Below, in pieces: positions 54,154 through 63,554 of a stretch of DNA of 64,000 nucleotides. Both the position numbers and the translations under genes were made by a program. The stretch comes from an uncultured Nitrososphaeraceae archaeon (GTDB taxonomy: Archaea > Thermoproteota > Nitrososphaeria > Nitrososphaerales > Nitrososphaeraceae). The DNA is taken from contig CAVZZA010000004.1 of the NCBI GenBank assembly GCA_963779615.1, positions 160,001 to 224,000 on the forward strand, in the 5' to 3' direction. Numbering within the stretch: the first letter of the stretch is position 1; the number at the start of each line of letters is the position of its first letter. The notes beneath the pieces were generated by a model. It had not been told where the DNA came from, searched no databases, and saw only the letters and a program-made list of their open reading frames with translations.

Positions 54154-54209
54154 TTTTTTCTTTACACCTTATTTTTAGTAGAACCCAAATAAAAGAACCG
54201 TTATAGTAG

Positions 54210-54284
54210 CGGGCCCAGAGGGATTTGAACCCTCGACCAACTGCTCCGCAGGCAGCCATTCTATCCAAGCTGAACTATGAGCCC
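54210..54284 (-). tRNA. tRNA-Arg(GCG)
   Basis: Reverse complement GGGCTCATAGTTCAGCTTGGATAGAATGGCTGCCTGCGGAGCAGTTGGTCGAGGGTTCAAATCCCTCTGGGCCCG folds as a cloverleaf; anticodon GCG. Confidence 0.95.
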
Positions 54285-54304
54285 AAATTTTTTGCCGCTT
54301 TTTT

Positions 54305-54319
54305 CTATAAATCTCTTTG
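54305..54319 (-). promoter_or_regulatory. BRE/TATA promoter of tRNA-Arg
   Basis: Minus strand CAAAGAGA-TTTATAG located about 21-35 nt upstream of the tRNA 5' end. Confidence 0.5.
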
Positions 54320-54378
54320 TAATTTATAACCATTGTTAAAGAAATATAAATAATTTTGATGATTAGTAATTATAAACC

Positions 54379-55365
54379 GTGAATTCATTTCTTGAGGATT
54401 TAAACAACAAAGTTTTGCTTTTTGATGGAGCTATGGGTACGGAAATTCAGCATTATCAGCCCAAACAGTCAGATTATTTGGACAATAAGGAAGGGTTTAA
54501 TGATAGCCTCAATTTCACAAGGCCCGAATGGATTAAAAGCATTCATAAAAAATACATTTCCGCCGGCTCCGACTGCATTGAAACCAACACTTTTGGCAGC
54601 AACAAGCTTAAATTAAATGAATTTGGAGTCGGTGAAAAAACTATTGAATTTAACACTGAGGCTACAAAGCTTGCAAAGGAAGCATGCTCCGAACTAAATA
54701 AAAAAGCATACGTTATTGGTTCGATGGGCCCGTCCGGTTTTTTGCCCAGTTCAAACGATCCTGACCTTGGAAATATATCTTTAGACGAAATAGAGGATGC
54801 GTTTTATTATCAAGCTCAGGGTCTGATAATGGGTGGGTGTGATGCTCTCCTAATAGAAACAGGACAGGACATTTTGGAAATTAAAACAGCGATTGAAGGT
54901 TGCTTTCGGGCAATGGAAAAACTGGAAAAAAAAATTCCGTTGATTTCAAATGTTACGCTGGATCAGTATGGAAAAATGCTTTTAGGAACAAACATACAGG
55001 CAGCGTATGTGACTCTTAGCAATTTGGATATCGATGTATTTGGACTGAACTGCTCCACTGGCCCAGTGGAAATGACTCCTAGCATCCAATGGTTGTGTGA
55101 TCAAAATGAATTACCTATTTTGGTAATGCCAAATGCAGGTATGCCAATAAATGAAAATGGGCTTGCCAAATATTTGATGTCTCCTAGGGAAATAACTGAA
55201 AAATTATCCGAATTCATAAAAAAATATCAAAGGATAAGGCTGGTTGGTGGTTGCTGCGGAACCAACCCTGAGCATATCATGAGTTTACGCAAAATGCTGG
55301 ATGGTGATTCGGCTATCTCGCATTCACATCTATCCGCTGCTGCTGCATCCAACAAGAATGAGTAA
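54379..55365 (+). CDS. metH: B12-dependent methionine synthase, homocysteine-binding subunit
   Basis: DGAMGT, ETNTFG, GLNC and GGCC Zn ligands, PNAG. Confidence 0.92.
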   Translation: MNSFLEDLNNKVLLFDGAMGTEIQHYQPKQSDYLDNKEGFNDSLNFTRPEWIKSIHKKYISAGSDCIETNTFGSNKLKLNEFGVGEKTIEFNTEATKLAKEACSELNKKAYVIGSMGPSGFLPSSNDPDLGNISLDEIEDAFYYQAQGLIMGGCDALLIETGQDILEIKTAIEGCFRAMEKLEKKIPLISNVTLDQYGKMLLGTNIQAAYVTLSNLDIDVFGLNCSTGPVEMTPSIQWLCDQNELPILVMPNAGMPINENGLAKYLMSPREITEKLSEFIKKYQRIRLVGGCCGTNPEHIMSLRKMLDGDSAISHSHLSAAAASNKNE

Positions 55366-55417
55366 GCAAAGAGATCGTTTAAATGATTAAAAAAAAAATA
55401 GTGGATGGTTAGTTTGT

Positions 55418-58012
55418 ATGAAAAAAACCTATAATGATATCCCAAAGGTTTCTTCTGCTTTAACATCTATAGATCTTTTTCAGGAACCTCGGCCGCTTAT
55501 CATCGGCGAAAGGCTAAACTCACAAGGATCAAAAAAAGCGAAAAAAATGGTTTTAGAAGATGATTTTGACGGGTTAATAGACATAGCAAGGGCCCAGGTC
55601 GAAGATGGGGCCCATTGTATAGACGTGTGTGTCGCAACTACCGAGCGATCGGATGAATTAGGGTTTATGCAAAAACTAGTAAAACGGCTCAGTCTCGAAA
55701 TAGAATCCCCTCTGGTAATAGACTCTACGGATACCAAAGTTGTCTATGCAGCCCTAAAGCAAATTCCGGGAATTCCCATAATAAACTCTATTAATCTAGA
55801 AGGTGATGGCAGTAGGTTCTATGATATTGTTCCAGTGATGAGAAAATTTGGGGCACCCGCAGTGTCAATGTGTATTGGCCCTAAAGGAATGGCCAAAACA
55901 AGTGACGATAAACTTCAGGTAGCAAAACTATTGTACGACAAAGCTGCAGATCACAAACTTAAACCCTGGCAATTAATTTTTGATGTCTTAACGTTTACTC
56001 TTGCAACTGGTGAGGCAGAATATGCCGATTCTGCGGTAAATACCCTAAACGGAATAAAGCTTGTTAAAGAGAGTTATCCCAAAGCATTAACAACCCTTGG
56101 ACTAAGCAATGTTAGTTTCGGGCTTCCCGTTTTAGCAAGAAAATTTTTAAACTCCATATTCTTGTACCATGCCTTGAAAAACGGGCTTGACACAGTCATA
56201 ATCAACCCCAAAGACATAATCCCGTACCCCCAGATCAGCGCAACTGAAAAACAATTTTGTGAAGACTTGATATTCAATACAAAAGATAATGCGCTTTCGG
56301 ATCTTATCACATATTTTGATTCAAAACAGTATGATTCAAAATCATCCTCTTCCTCATCCACTCAAAAACAAAACATTATGGAAATAGATAAAAACTGGCC
56401 TGCCAGTAAGAGGTGTTATTTTAGAGTAGTAAACAGGCTAAAGGACGGCATTGAGAATGATGTGGTTTTTGCCATTGCGGATAAAATTCAAGACCCAAAA
56501 GATAAAAAAATAACAGAAATAAAAGACAACGATAGCAATGCTGTCTCCTACAGGCTTGAGTCCACAAAGGAGAATTTGCACAATGCCGCAGTCGAAACAC
56601 TGAATGAGGTTTTACTTCCTGCAATGAAAGAAGTGGGTGACAAGTTCGGGACAGGTGAGTTAATCCTCCCCTTTGTTTTGAAATCAGCTGAATGTATGAA
56701 GGCGGCAGTTTCAGAGCTGGAGAAATTCTTAATTAAACAAGAGGGTGTCAGTAAAGGAAAGCTTGTTTTATGCACAGTTTATGGTGATGTTCACGATATT
56801 GGTAAAAACTTGGTCAAAACAATACTGTCTAATAATGGCTATGAAGTTTTTGACCTCGGGAAACAGGTTCCAATTCCTACAATCGTAAACAAGATAAAAG
56901 AAGTAAAAGCAGATGTTGTGGGCCTGTCTGCGCTGCTTGTATCAACATCCAAACAAATGCAATTATTTGCAGAGTTTGCCCGTGAAAACAATATAAAAAT
57001 ACCAGTCATATGCGGAGGTGCTGCAATAAATAGCGACTATATTAACAGGATTGCAAAAGGGAATGGAGATATCTACAAACCGGGAATTTTTTATTGCAAG
57101 ACTGCTTTTGACGGCCTTAAAATAATGAACAACATAATGTCAGATGAGAAAAGTAAGTTTATTGATGGTTGGATAAACAAACTGGAAAGTTGGAACGAAA
57201 GGCAATACGAAAAAACCACACCCAATGTATCTCAGGACCTCTCTAGCAAGGTTAAACCAGTAATGAATAAACCCATTCCCCCCCTCTTTGATTTCACATA
57301 CAGGTTTTCAAAAAAAGACATTCCGTTGAAGGAGGTGTGGGATTTCTTAAATAAAAAATCACTTTTTGTACTGTCTTGGGGTTTGAGGGGAAAAAGCGCA
57401 TCGAAACTACAAGACGAGTTTAATGATTTGCTGGAAGAGTGGAAGGAAAAAGTGATCAAAGAGGACTTGTTTGAACCGCAGGCGGTTTATGGCTATTTTA
57501 GGTGCAGAAAGGTCGGTAAGAACAACCTTTTGGTAAGGTATATGGACACTGAAAATAAAAAAAACTCTGAAATAACTTTTGAGTTCCCACGGTCATCTTT
57601 AGAAAAACACCTGTGCCTTTCGGACTATTTTGATCCAAATTCTGACGATGTGGTCGCATTTCAATCGGTAACGATGGGAAACAGAGTTGCAGAGGTTGTT
57701 GAGGAATGGAACAAAGACAACCGATACTCAGATGCATACTATTTGCATGGGCTGGCAGTAGAGACGACTGAAGCGCTGGCGGATTGGATTAATCTGCGGA
57801 TTAAAAGGGACTTGAAACTCGAGAAAGGGGGCTTGAGGTACAGCTGGGGGTATCCCAGCTGCCCTGATGTATCCCAGCATTTTTTGGTTTGGAAATTATT
57901 AAACCCCGCGCCAAACGGGATGTCCCTCACTGACAGTGGGCAAATCAATCCCGAATATTCAACGGCTGCGATTGTTGTACATCATCCGGATGCGGAATAT
58001 TTTACCCTATAA
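55418..58012 (+). CDS. metH: B12-dependent methionine synthase, pterin-binding, cobalamin-binding and reactivation domains
   Basis: IIGERLN, NSINLE, GLSNVSFG, GDVHDIGKN, RYSWGYPSCPD. Confidence 0.93.
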   Translation: MKKTYNDIPKVSSALTSIDLFQEPRPLIIGERLNSQGSKKAKKMVLEDDFDGLIDIARAQVEDGAHCIDVCVATTERSDELGFMQKLVKRLSLEIESPLVIDSTDTKVVYAALKQIPGIPIINSINLEGDGSRFYDIVPVMRKFGAPAVSMCIGPKGMAKTSDDKLQVAKLLYDKAADHKLKPWQLIFDVLTFTLATGEAEYADSAVNTLNGIKLVKESYPKALTTLGLSNVSFGLPVLARKFLNSIFLYHALKNGLDTVIINPKDIIPYPQISATEKQFCEDLIFNTKDNALSDLITYFDSKQYDSKSSSSSSTQKQNIMEIDKNWPASKRCYFRVVNRLKDGIENDVVFAIADKIQDPKDKKITEIKDNDSNAVSYRLESTKENLHNAAVETLNEVLLPAMKEVGDKFGTGELILPFVLKSAECMKAAVSELEKFLIKQEGVSKGKLVLCTVYGDVHDIGKNLVKTILSNNGYEVFDLGKQVPIPTIVNKIKEVKADVVGLSALLVSTSKQMQLFAEFARENNIKIPVICGGAAINSDYINRIAKGNGDIYKPGIFYCKTAFDGLKIMNNIMSDEKSKFIDGWINKLESWNERQYEKTTPNVSQDLSSKVKPVMNKPIPPLFDFTYRFSKKDIPLKEVWDFLNKKSLFVLSWGLRGKSASKLQDEFNDLLEEWKEKVIKEDLFEPQAVYGYFRCRKVGKNNLLVRYMDTENKKNSEITFEFPRSSLEKHLCLSDYFDPNSDDVVAFQSVTMGNRVAEVVEEWNKDNRYSDAYYLHGLAVETTEALADWINLRIKRDLKLEKGGLRYSWGYPSCPDVSQHFLVWKLLNPAPNGMSLTDSGQINPEYSTAAIVVHHPDAEYFTL

Positions 58013-58056
58013 TTTTGTTCTCAACTTTTTTATAGAGCAAATGCTTTTGCAATTTA

Positions 58057-58266
58057 GTGGGTAGAGTAGAGAAAGGTATAACATGCAGTGTGTTAAAGTG
58101 TGATGAATCTGCTGATAGGTCTATGAGTTTGGCTAAAGCGAAAATGTCACAGGATTTGGATTTTGATAACTCCAAAAAACGCGTGTATTTATGTAAAAAT
58201 CACTACAAAGACTGGAAAAAATCATCCAAAGGCGACAGAGAGGTTGAACGTATGCGTTGGGATTGA
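58057..58266 (+). CDS. Small Zn-finger protein
   Basis: CSVLKC...LCKNH; 69 aa. Confidence 0.75.
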   Translation: MGRVEKGITCSVLKCDESADRSMSLAKAKMSQDLDFDNSKKRVYLCKNHYKDWKKSSKGDREVERMRWD

Positions 58267-58437
58267 CCGGTTATTTTTGCTGCCAACAAAAGTAAGATGA
58301 CAACTGAAATTTATTATATTAAAATCTATTTATTGAATTTAATTTAAAAAAGAAACCTAAAAGAAAGTGATAAGATTAAACAACAAAGGTAATAAGCATC
58401 TTTCCTTCAAATTATTGATGACAGGTTGATATGAAGT

Positions 58438-59871
58438 TTGGCTCTAACTAACGTACCCCATTATTTAAAATTAAAGGAATTAGACTCCAAAAGATGGTTT
58501 GTCCGAATATTAATCCTTAGCGCTGTTTTTACAATACTGATTTTCAAATTTTACACGGCACTCTATGTTATCGATGCAGCCATAGGGGTTTACAGCATTT
58601 TAACATCCTTTGTTTTATTTAACATATTATTCATATCATACTACAAGTATCGGGACCCATATGTGGATGTTCATGATGTCAAAATACCAGAAAGTCACCT
58701 CCCTCTAGTTTCTCTTGTGGTTCCAGTAAAAAATGAGGAAGACATCATCAAAAGGTGTGTCTTATCATGTTTAAATCAGTCATATGAAAAAAAGGAGATA
58801 ATTGTAATTAATGACGGAAGTACCGATGGCACAGGCAAAATCTTAAATGAACTCAAAAGCGAGTACCCAAATACCAATTTCAACATAATTCATTTGGAAA
58901 ATAGTGTTGGGAAAAAAAGGGCGGTTGAAGAGGCCAGCAAGGTCGCAAAGGGCCAGATTTATGCATTTATGGATAGTGATTGTTACATGGCTTTGGATGC
59001 CACAGAAAGGGCAGTAAAGATTTTTCACGCCGATCCCCAACTTGGCGCACTTACTGGCCATGGAAGAGTCATAAACCGCCATGAAGGAGGCCCGTTTGAT
59101 CATTTACTGGAAAAACTGCAGGATGTATATTTAGATGGGGCATGCAGGGCCCAAAAGGGAATGGAAAGTTCCTTTTCCTCAGTTACTTGCTGTTCCGGCT
59201 CATTGAGTTTTTACAGGCGGGAGGCAATTCAGGGTTTCATGCACGACTGGGCACATGACAAGTTTTTAGGGATGGACTTTAAATTTGCGACGGACAGAAG
59301 AATGACCGCCCACGTACTGTCAAACAAACCCCCGCCATTTCTCAAACTTGAATATTCCAAGAATAGATATTTGCATAACAACCCAATCCAAAACCAAAGC
59401 AAGTTTTCTTATAATGAAAATGAACTTGACGGTTTCTGGAAGATTAAATATTCACAGCATATTCGCGTGAATATAGGAGTTCCCTCAACACTGGTTTCTT
59501 TGGTGAAGCAGCAAATCCGGTGGAGAAAAAGCTTTATCAGAAGCCTTTTTTCCACAGGGGGCATTTTTTGGAAAAGGCCGTTTTACGCTGCAATGATATA
59601 CTACCTGCAGACCTCGATGAAATTTATCAGGCCATATATTGTAGCAAAGACTGTTTTTCTAATGCCAATTTATGGAGACTATGTCACCACAATAGTTTGG
59701 TTTTCGGGAATATTGTTTACGGGGATGATTTATGCAGTAGACTTTAGGTTAAGAAACCCAGGCGACAAGAATTGGCTGTACAGACCCCTTTTTACATTGT
59801 TATCCACATTCATTTACACATGGCTGCTAATTTACGCTGCAATTACAATTAAAAAAACAGGGTGGAGATAG
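58438..59871 (+). CDS. Processive membrane GT2 polysaccharide synthase (hyaluronan synthase/NodC/IcaA-like)
   Basis: N- and C-terminal TMs; DGSTD, GKK, MDSD, CCSG, ATDRRMT, QQIRW (QxxRW). Confidence 0.9.
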   Translation: MALTNVPHYLKLKELDSKRWFVRILILSAVFTILIFKFYTALYVIDAAIGVYSILTSFVLFNILFISYYKYRDPYVDVHDVKIPESHLPLVSLVVPVKNEEDIIKRCVLSCLNQSYEKKEIIVINDGSTDGTGKILNELKSEYPNTNFNIIHLENSVGKKRAVEEASKVAKGQIYAFMDSDCYMALDATERAVKIFHADPQLGALTGHGRVINRHEGGPFDHLLEKLQDVYLDGACRAQKGMESSFSSVTCCSGSLSFYRREAIQGFMHDWAHDKFLGMDFKFATDRRMTAHVLSNKPPPFLKLEYSKNRYLHNNPIQNQSKFSYNENELDGFWKIKYSQHIRVNIGVPSTLVSLVKQQIRWRKSFIRSLFSTGGIFWKRPFYAAMIYYLQTSMKFIRPYIVAKTVFLMPIYGDYVTTIVWFSGILFTGMIYAVDFRLRNPGDKNWLYRPLFTLLSTFIYTWLLIYAAITIKKTGWR

Positions 59872-59913
59872 TAAAACTATTGAATTTAAGATTTAAAGGG
59901 ATAAAAAATAGAT

Positions 59914-60126
59914 ATGAAGAGTAAAGGAATTGACGTTATTCTCGTTGCACTTGGAATGATAATAGGGTTTGTTGTAATCCTAATGCATCTGACTGAAATG
60001 TGGCCCTGTTCTATGATCAATGCAGTAAATGGTTCATTTCTAACCATCAACCCCGTCATCAACTCAACAACAGGCTTTATGGATGGAACACATCACTTGT
60101 TAACAAATCTTTTTCAGTGCAGGTAA
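59914..60126 (+). CDS. Small membrane protein downstream of the GT2 synthase
   Basis: One strong TM segment (VILVALGMIIGFVVILM), 70 aa; overlaps the 3' end of the convergent gene. Confidence 0.55.
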   Translation: MKSKGIDVILVALGMIIGFVVILMHLTEMWPCSMINAVNGSFLTINPVINSTTGFMDGTHHLLTNLFQCR

Positions 60127-61078
60127 CCTTATTTTTTTCATCTATGATAATTTCTTCGAAATACCTCAATACTGTTATTTCAGAAACTTGAGGTATCTTT
60201 ATTTTTTTACCTTCAATCATATCAATAATCATTTTTGGAAAGTTCGCCCCGGCCAATGTCGTAAATATGGTGCCACCACCTAATCTTGGATTGATTTCAA
60301 CGAGTTTAAAGGCATTATCCTTATCTTTTTTCATTTGGATGCAACAGGGTCCGATTATTTTCAAAAATTCTGATATCTTACATGATTCTTCAATCAATTC
60401 CTTATCAAGAATGATTTTACCTTTGGTTGATATGCCTCCTCTGGTTTGGAGTCTAACTCGAGGAACAGAAATTATGGGGTTTGAGTCAAAATCCGACAAA
60501 ACATCAATGGTAAACTCTTCACCCGGGAGATACTCTTGATAAATCATCTTGGAATATCTTGAAGAGATATAATCCAATTCAGAAAAATCATTTATTTGAA
60601 TTATATCCCTGCTACCCTTGCCGAACCTGGGTTTGGATATTATTGGAAATTCTGTTATTCTGCTTTTGTCTTCAGTGGTGTATGGTAAATTAAAATTATT
60701 TTTTAGACGCTCAAAGGTTAGAACCTTATCACGGCATACCTCCAAAACGTCCCTATCACTTATTACAGGAATAACCCCAAGGTTTCGTAATTTTTCCTTG
60801 TTTTCACTAAATGGAAATATGTCATATCCTGATGATGGCATTAACACATTTATCTCATATTTGTCAATTATTTTAAACAGAAAATCCAAATAACCTTCAC
60901 CCTCAGCCTCTGGACTTATTTCCCTGTAATCCGACAAGTAAAAACCGGCAGACAATTCATTTGAATCAATAGACAAAATCTTGCCTTTGAAATTGGCAAG
61001 TTTCAGAGATTTGATAGTGTTAATCCCAGCAGGGGCAGAAGCACCAGGAACAAGTACATTAGAAACCTTTCTACGCAA
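60077..61078 (-). CDS. ATP-grasp ligase (small carbamoyl-phosphate-synthase-like type)
   Basis: CRDK, KPRFGKGSR, QEYLPGEEFTID, EINPRLGG. Confidence 0.92.
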   Translation of the reverse strand: MRRKVSNVLVPGASAPAGINTIKSLKLANFKGKILSIDSNELSAGFYLSDYREISPEAEGEGYLDFLFKIIDKYEINVLMPSSGYDIFPFSENKEKLRNLGVIPVISDRDVLEVCRDKVLTFERLKNNFNLPYTTEDKSRITEFPIISKPRFGKGSRDIIQINDFSELDYISSRYSKMIYQEYLPGEEFTIDVLSDFDSNPIISVPRVRLQTRGGISTKGKIILDKELIEESCKISEFLKIIGPCCIQMKKDKDNAFKLVEINPRLGGGTIFTTLAGANFPKMIIDMIEGKKIKIPQVSEITVLRYFEEIIIDEKNKVTCTEKDLLTSDVFHP

Positions 61079-61204
61079 TTACCATCCGCTTAAGCTTAAT
61101 TAATCTATTTATGATATAAATTTTTTTATGTAAAAACACAGGAAATTGTTATGACACAATATGATAAACAATTTAATAAACGATGCTTGTGAATTAAGTG
61201 TGGG

Positions 61205-61837
61205 TTGAACACCAAAGAAGACTACCATATTCACTGTAGTTATAACGATCATTCAGCTCCTGACTTGACAGTTGAGAACGTCATTAAAACGGCTAAAGGA
61301 TTGAATTTACAAACAATCGCGTTTACAGAACACGTTAGGAATACCTCTGATTGGACAGAAAAGTACATCGAGGAGATAAATCAGTTTTTACCCGAAACGG
61401 GTCTAAATGTTTTAAAGGGCTTCGAAGCAAAGATACTCCCTGACGGAAGCATAGATTGCCCCAGTATTTACTTGAATGACAATTATTTTATTGTTGCAAG
61501 TTTTCACACAAAATACCAAGAAAAAGATAAATGGTATAATGCACTATTAAAAGCCATAAACAATGAAAACGTGAATGTAATTGGTCACCTGGAACACGAT
61601 CCCTATTTTTCTCTGGATCATGGTGAAATAAAAAGGATTGGTGAAGAGGTGTTGTCCAATGATAAGATAATTGAAATCAACTCAAAGTACCATAGGCCCA
61701 CACTACAATACCTAAAGATATTTATAGAATTGGGGATAAGTTTTCATTTGGGTAGTGACGCTCATTCTTTGAATGAAATTGGCAATTTTGATAGAATATA
61801 TGATCTTATCAGTTTTATAGAACATAGTAAGGGATAG
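61205..61837 (+). CDS. PHP-domain phosphoesterase
   Basis: DYHIH, AFTEH, GFE, SFH, IGH, EIN, GSDAH metal ligands. Confidence 0.9.
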   Translation: MNTKEDYHIHCSYNDHSAPDLTVENVIKTAKGLNLQTIAFTEHVRNTSDWTEKYIEEINQFLPETGLNVLKGFEAKILPDGSIDCPSIYLNDNYFIVASFHTKYQEKDKWYNALLKAINNENVNVIGHLEHDPYFSLDHGEIKRIGEEVLSNDKIIEINSKYHRPTLQYLKIFIELGISFHLGSDAHSLNEIGNFDRIYDLISFIEHSKG

Positions 61838-61879
61838 TTAAAAAGGGAACTGATACACATAGAGTTCGGATTAGATGAG

Positions 61880-63538
61880 ATGGGGAACATGACTACCACG
61901 GCTATTGATAGGGAAATCAGGTTTAAATCACTGTTTTCTAAATACCTTGATATTGGTAATTCTGAGTTAAACAACTTTATTCTGTCGGTTCCTGCAAAAT
62001 TTGACAATGCTGTAAAAATGTTGAATGAGGTTCCAACTCCTAAAGTTGATGAAAATATTTTTGCTAACAGACGCAATCTCAAGGATGCTGTGTATAATTT
62101 CCATTTAAAGTCACGAACCTTAACTTCTGGCGTAAAAAATCAAATTGATTTATTGGATGTTGAAAGCCTGAAAATTGTAGTTGCAATCCACCAGCCAAAT
62201 TTGTTTGCGTTCGGAGGGGTGTTTAAAAAAATAGTTTTGCTGGAAACGATTTCCAAATACCTAGAAAATTCCCGTGATTCCATATTGCCTTTATTCTTGA
62301 TAATAGACCACGACTTTATGGATGATAGCTGGGTCCATGTTGCAAAGTTACCCAGTGTGAGAAATGCCTCAGGCATTTTGGATTTGAGGTATCCTATGAA
62401 TGATTCAAAAAGATGGAAAATCATATGCAAGACAAATCCACCAACCCACTCACTTGTTAGCTACTGGGAAAACCAAATTTACACATGGATAAGAAAGGAT
62501 AAAACCTTAAGCAGGGAGGATCGAAGGAGACTTTTTACCAACATAGAAAAGTTTTGGAATGTTGTGGAAGATTCTTTATCCGACTCCGGTAACTATTCGG
62601 AGTTTAACTCTCACATAATGTCCAAAATGGTGAACAATGCATGGGGCCATAAAACATTGTTTGTTAACCTATCTGAGCTCTGTCGCACTTTTAAAAAAGG
62701 CTATAATTTTCTAATATCAAACAATGATTCGTATATAGCGTCACTTGAAAGATCAGAAGGGTTCTTTAGAAGCCACGGTATCCACAAAGGCATAAGCTCC
62801 AATTCAAGCAAATATTCACCATTATGGATTCATTGCTCTTGTGGCAGTAAGGGCTATTCGGTTGTAAGCAAAAATCATAACGAAGAAGTTGAACTGGTGG
62901 GTAAATGCATATCCTGCAAAAAGAGACTAAAGTTAAGAGTAGGTTCCCAAAACAATATTGATATACCAGATAACAGTTTAAGTGAAGTTTCACCAAGGGC
63001 CATACCAATACTGCTTTTGTTGTCAAGGGAACTAAACATTTCCGGATACATAACAGGGACTGGCGGTAGCCTTGGGTACACCATGATAGGGAAATGCGTT
63101 TTTGACGATTTAAAAATAAAAATGCCATTGCTATTATTATGGGCATCAAGGGACATCTACAAAGGATTTGCTCAAAAAGAGGCGCTGAAAATACTTGAAG
63201 AGAACAATGTTAAAGACATTTCAACCTTTTTAAAAGATCTAAATAACAAGAATAGCGCATATCGGAACAAAATAAAACCATTGGTTTCCAAAAGGAATTA
63301 TGTATATAAAGATGATGTCAGTTTGGCAGGCATATTGAATGAACTTTTGTATTATAAAAACGAACAGAGGAAATTAAAAAACAAGATCAAAAATGTTGAA
63401 AAATCCAAAAACGCTTTGACTTTAAATGCATGCATAGTGGACTATATAGCCAACTTTGGACTGGAGAGCGTATCAAATAAATGGTCAAACAGCTTGATTA
63501 AAAACAATGATTTTACCTCACCATTAGTATTAGATTAG
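61880..63538 (+). CDS. Uncharacterised protein with BshC-like motif order and a Zn ribbon
   Basis: VVAIHQPNLF..G, PLFLIIDHDF, CSC...CISC, SPRA, YITGTGG..GY, C-terminal coiled coil. Confidence 0.6.
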   Translation: MGNMTTTAIDREIRFKSLFSKYLDIGNSELNNFILSVPAKFDNAVKMLNEVPTPKVDENIFANRRNLKDAVYNFHLKSRTLTSGVKNQIDLLDVESLKIVVAIHQPNLFAFGGVFKKIVLLETISKYLENSRDSILPLFLIIDHDFMDDSWVHVAKLPSVRNASGILDLRYPMNDSKRWKIICKTNPPTHSLVSYWENQIYTWIRKDKTLSREDRRRLFTNIEKFWNVVEDSLSDSGNYSEFNSHIMSKMVNNAWGHKTLFVNLSELCRTFKKGYNFLISNNDSYIASLERSEGFFRSHGIHKGISSNSSKYSPLWIHCSCGSKGYSVVSKNHNEEVELVGKCISCKKRLKLRVGSQNNIDIPDNSLSEVSPRAIPILLLLSRELNISGYITGTGGSLGYTMIGKCVFDDLKIKMPLLLLWASRDIYKGFAQKEALKILEENNVKDISTFLKDLNNKNSAYRNKIKPLVSKRNYVYKDDVSLAGILNELLYYKNEQRKLKNKIKNVEKSKNALTLNACIVDYIANFGLESVSNKWSNSLIKNNDFTSPLVLD

Positions 63539-63554
63539 GTCACTAACAGATAGC

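Larger units (their letters stand above)
46300..54209. mobile_element. Cryptic integrated element at tRNA-Arg(GCG); left boundary uncertain, may extend to about 41 kb
   Basis: Integrase starts 57 bp from the tRNA 3' end and is followed by a replication module (helicase-like ATPase, AEP primase), Zn-ribbon and HTH genes; no convincing second att site seen. Confidence 0.78.
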
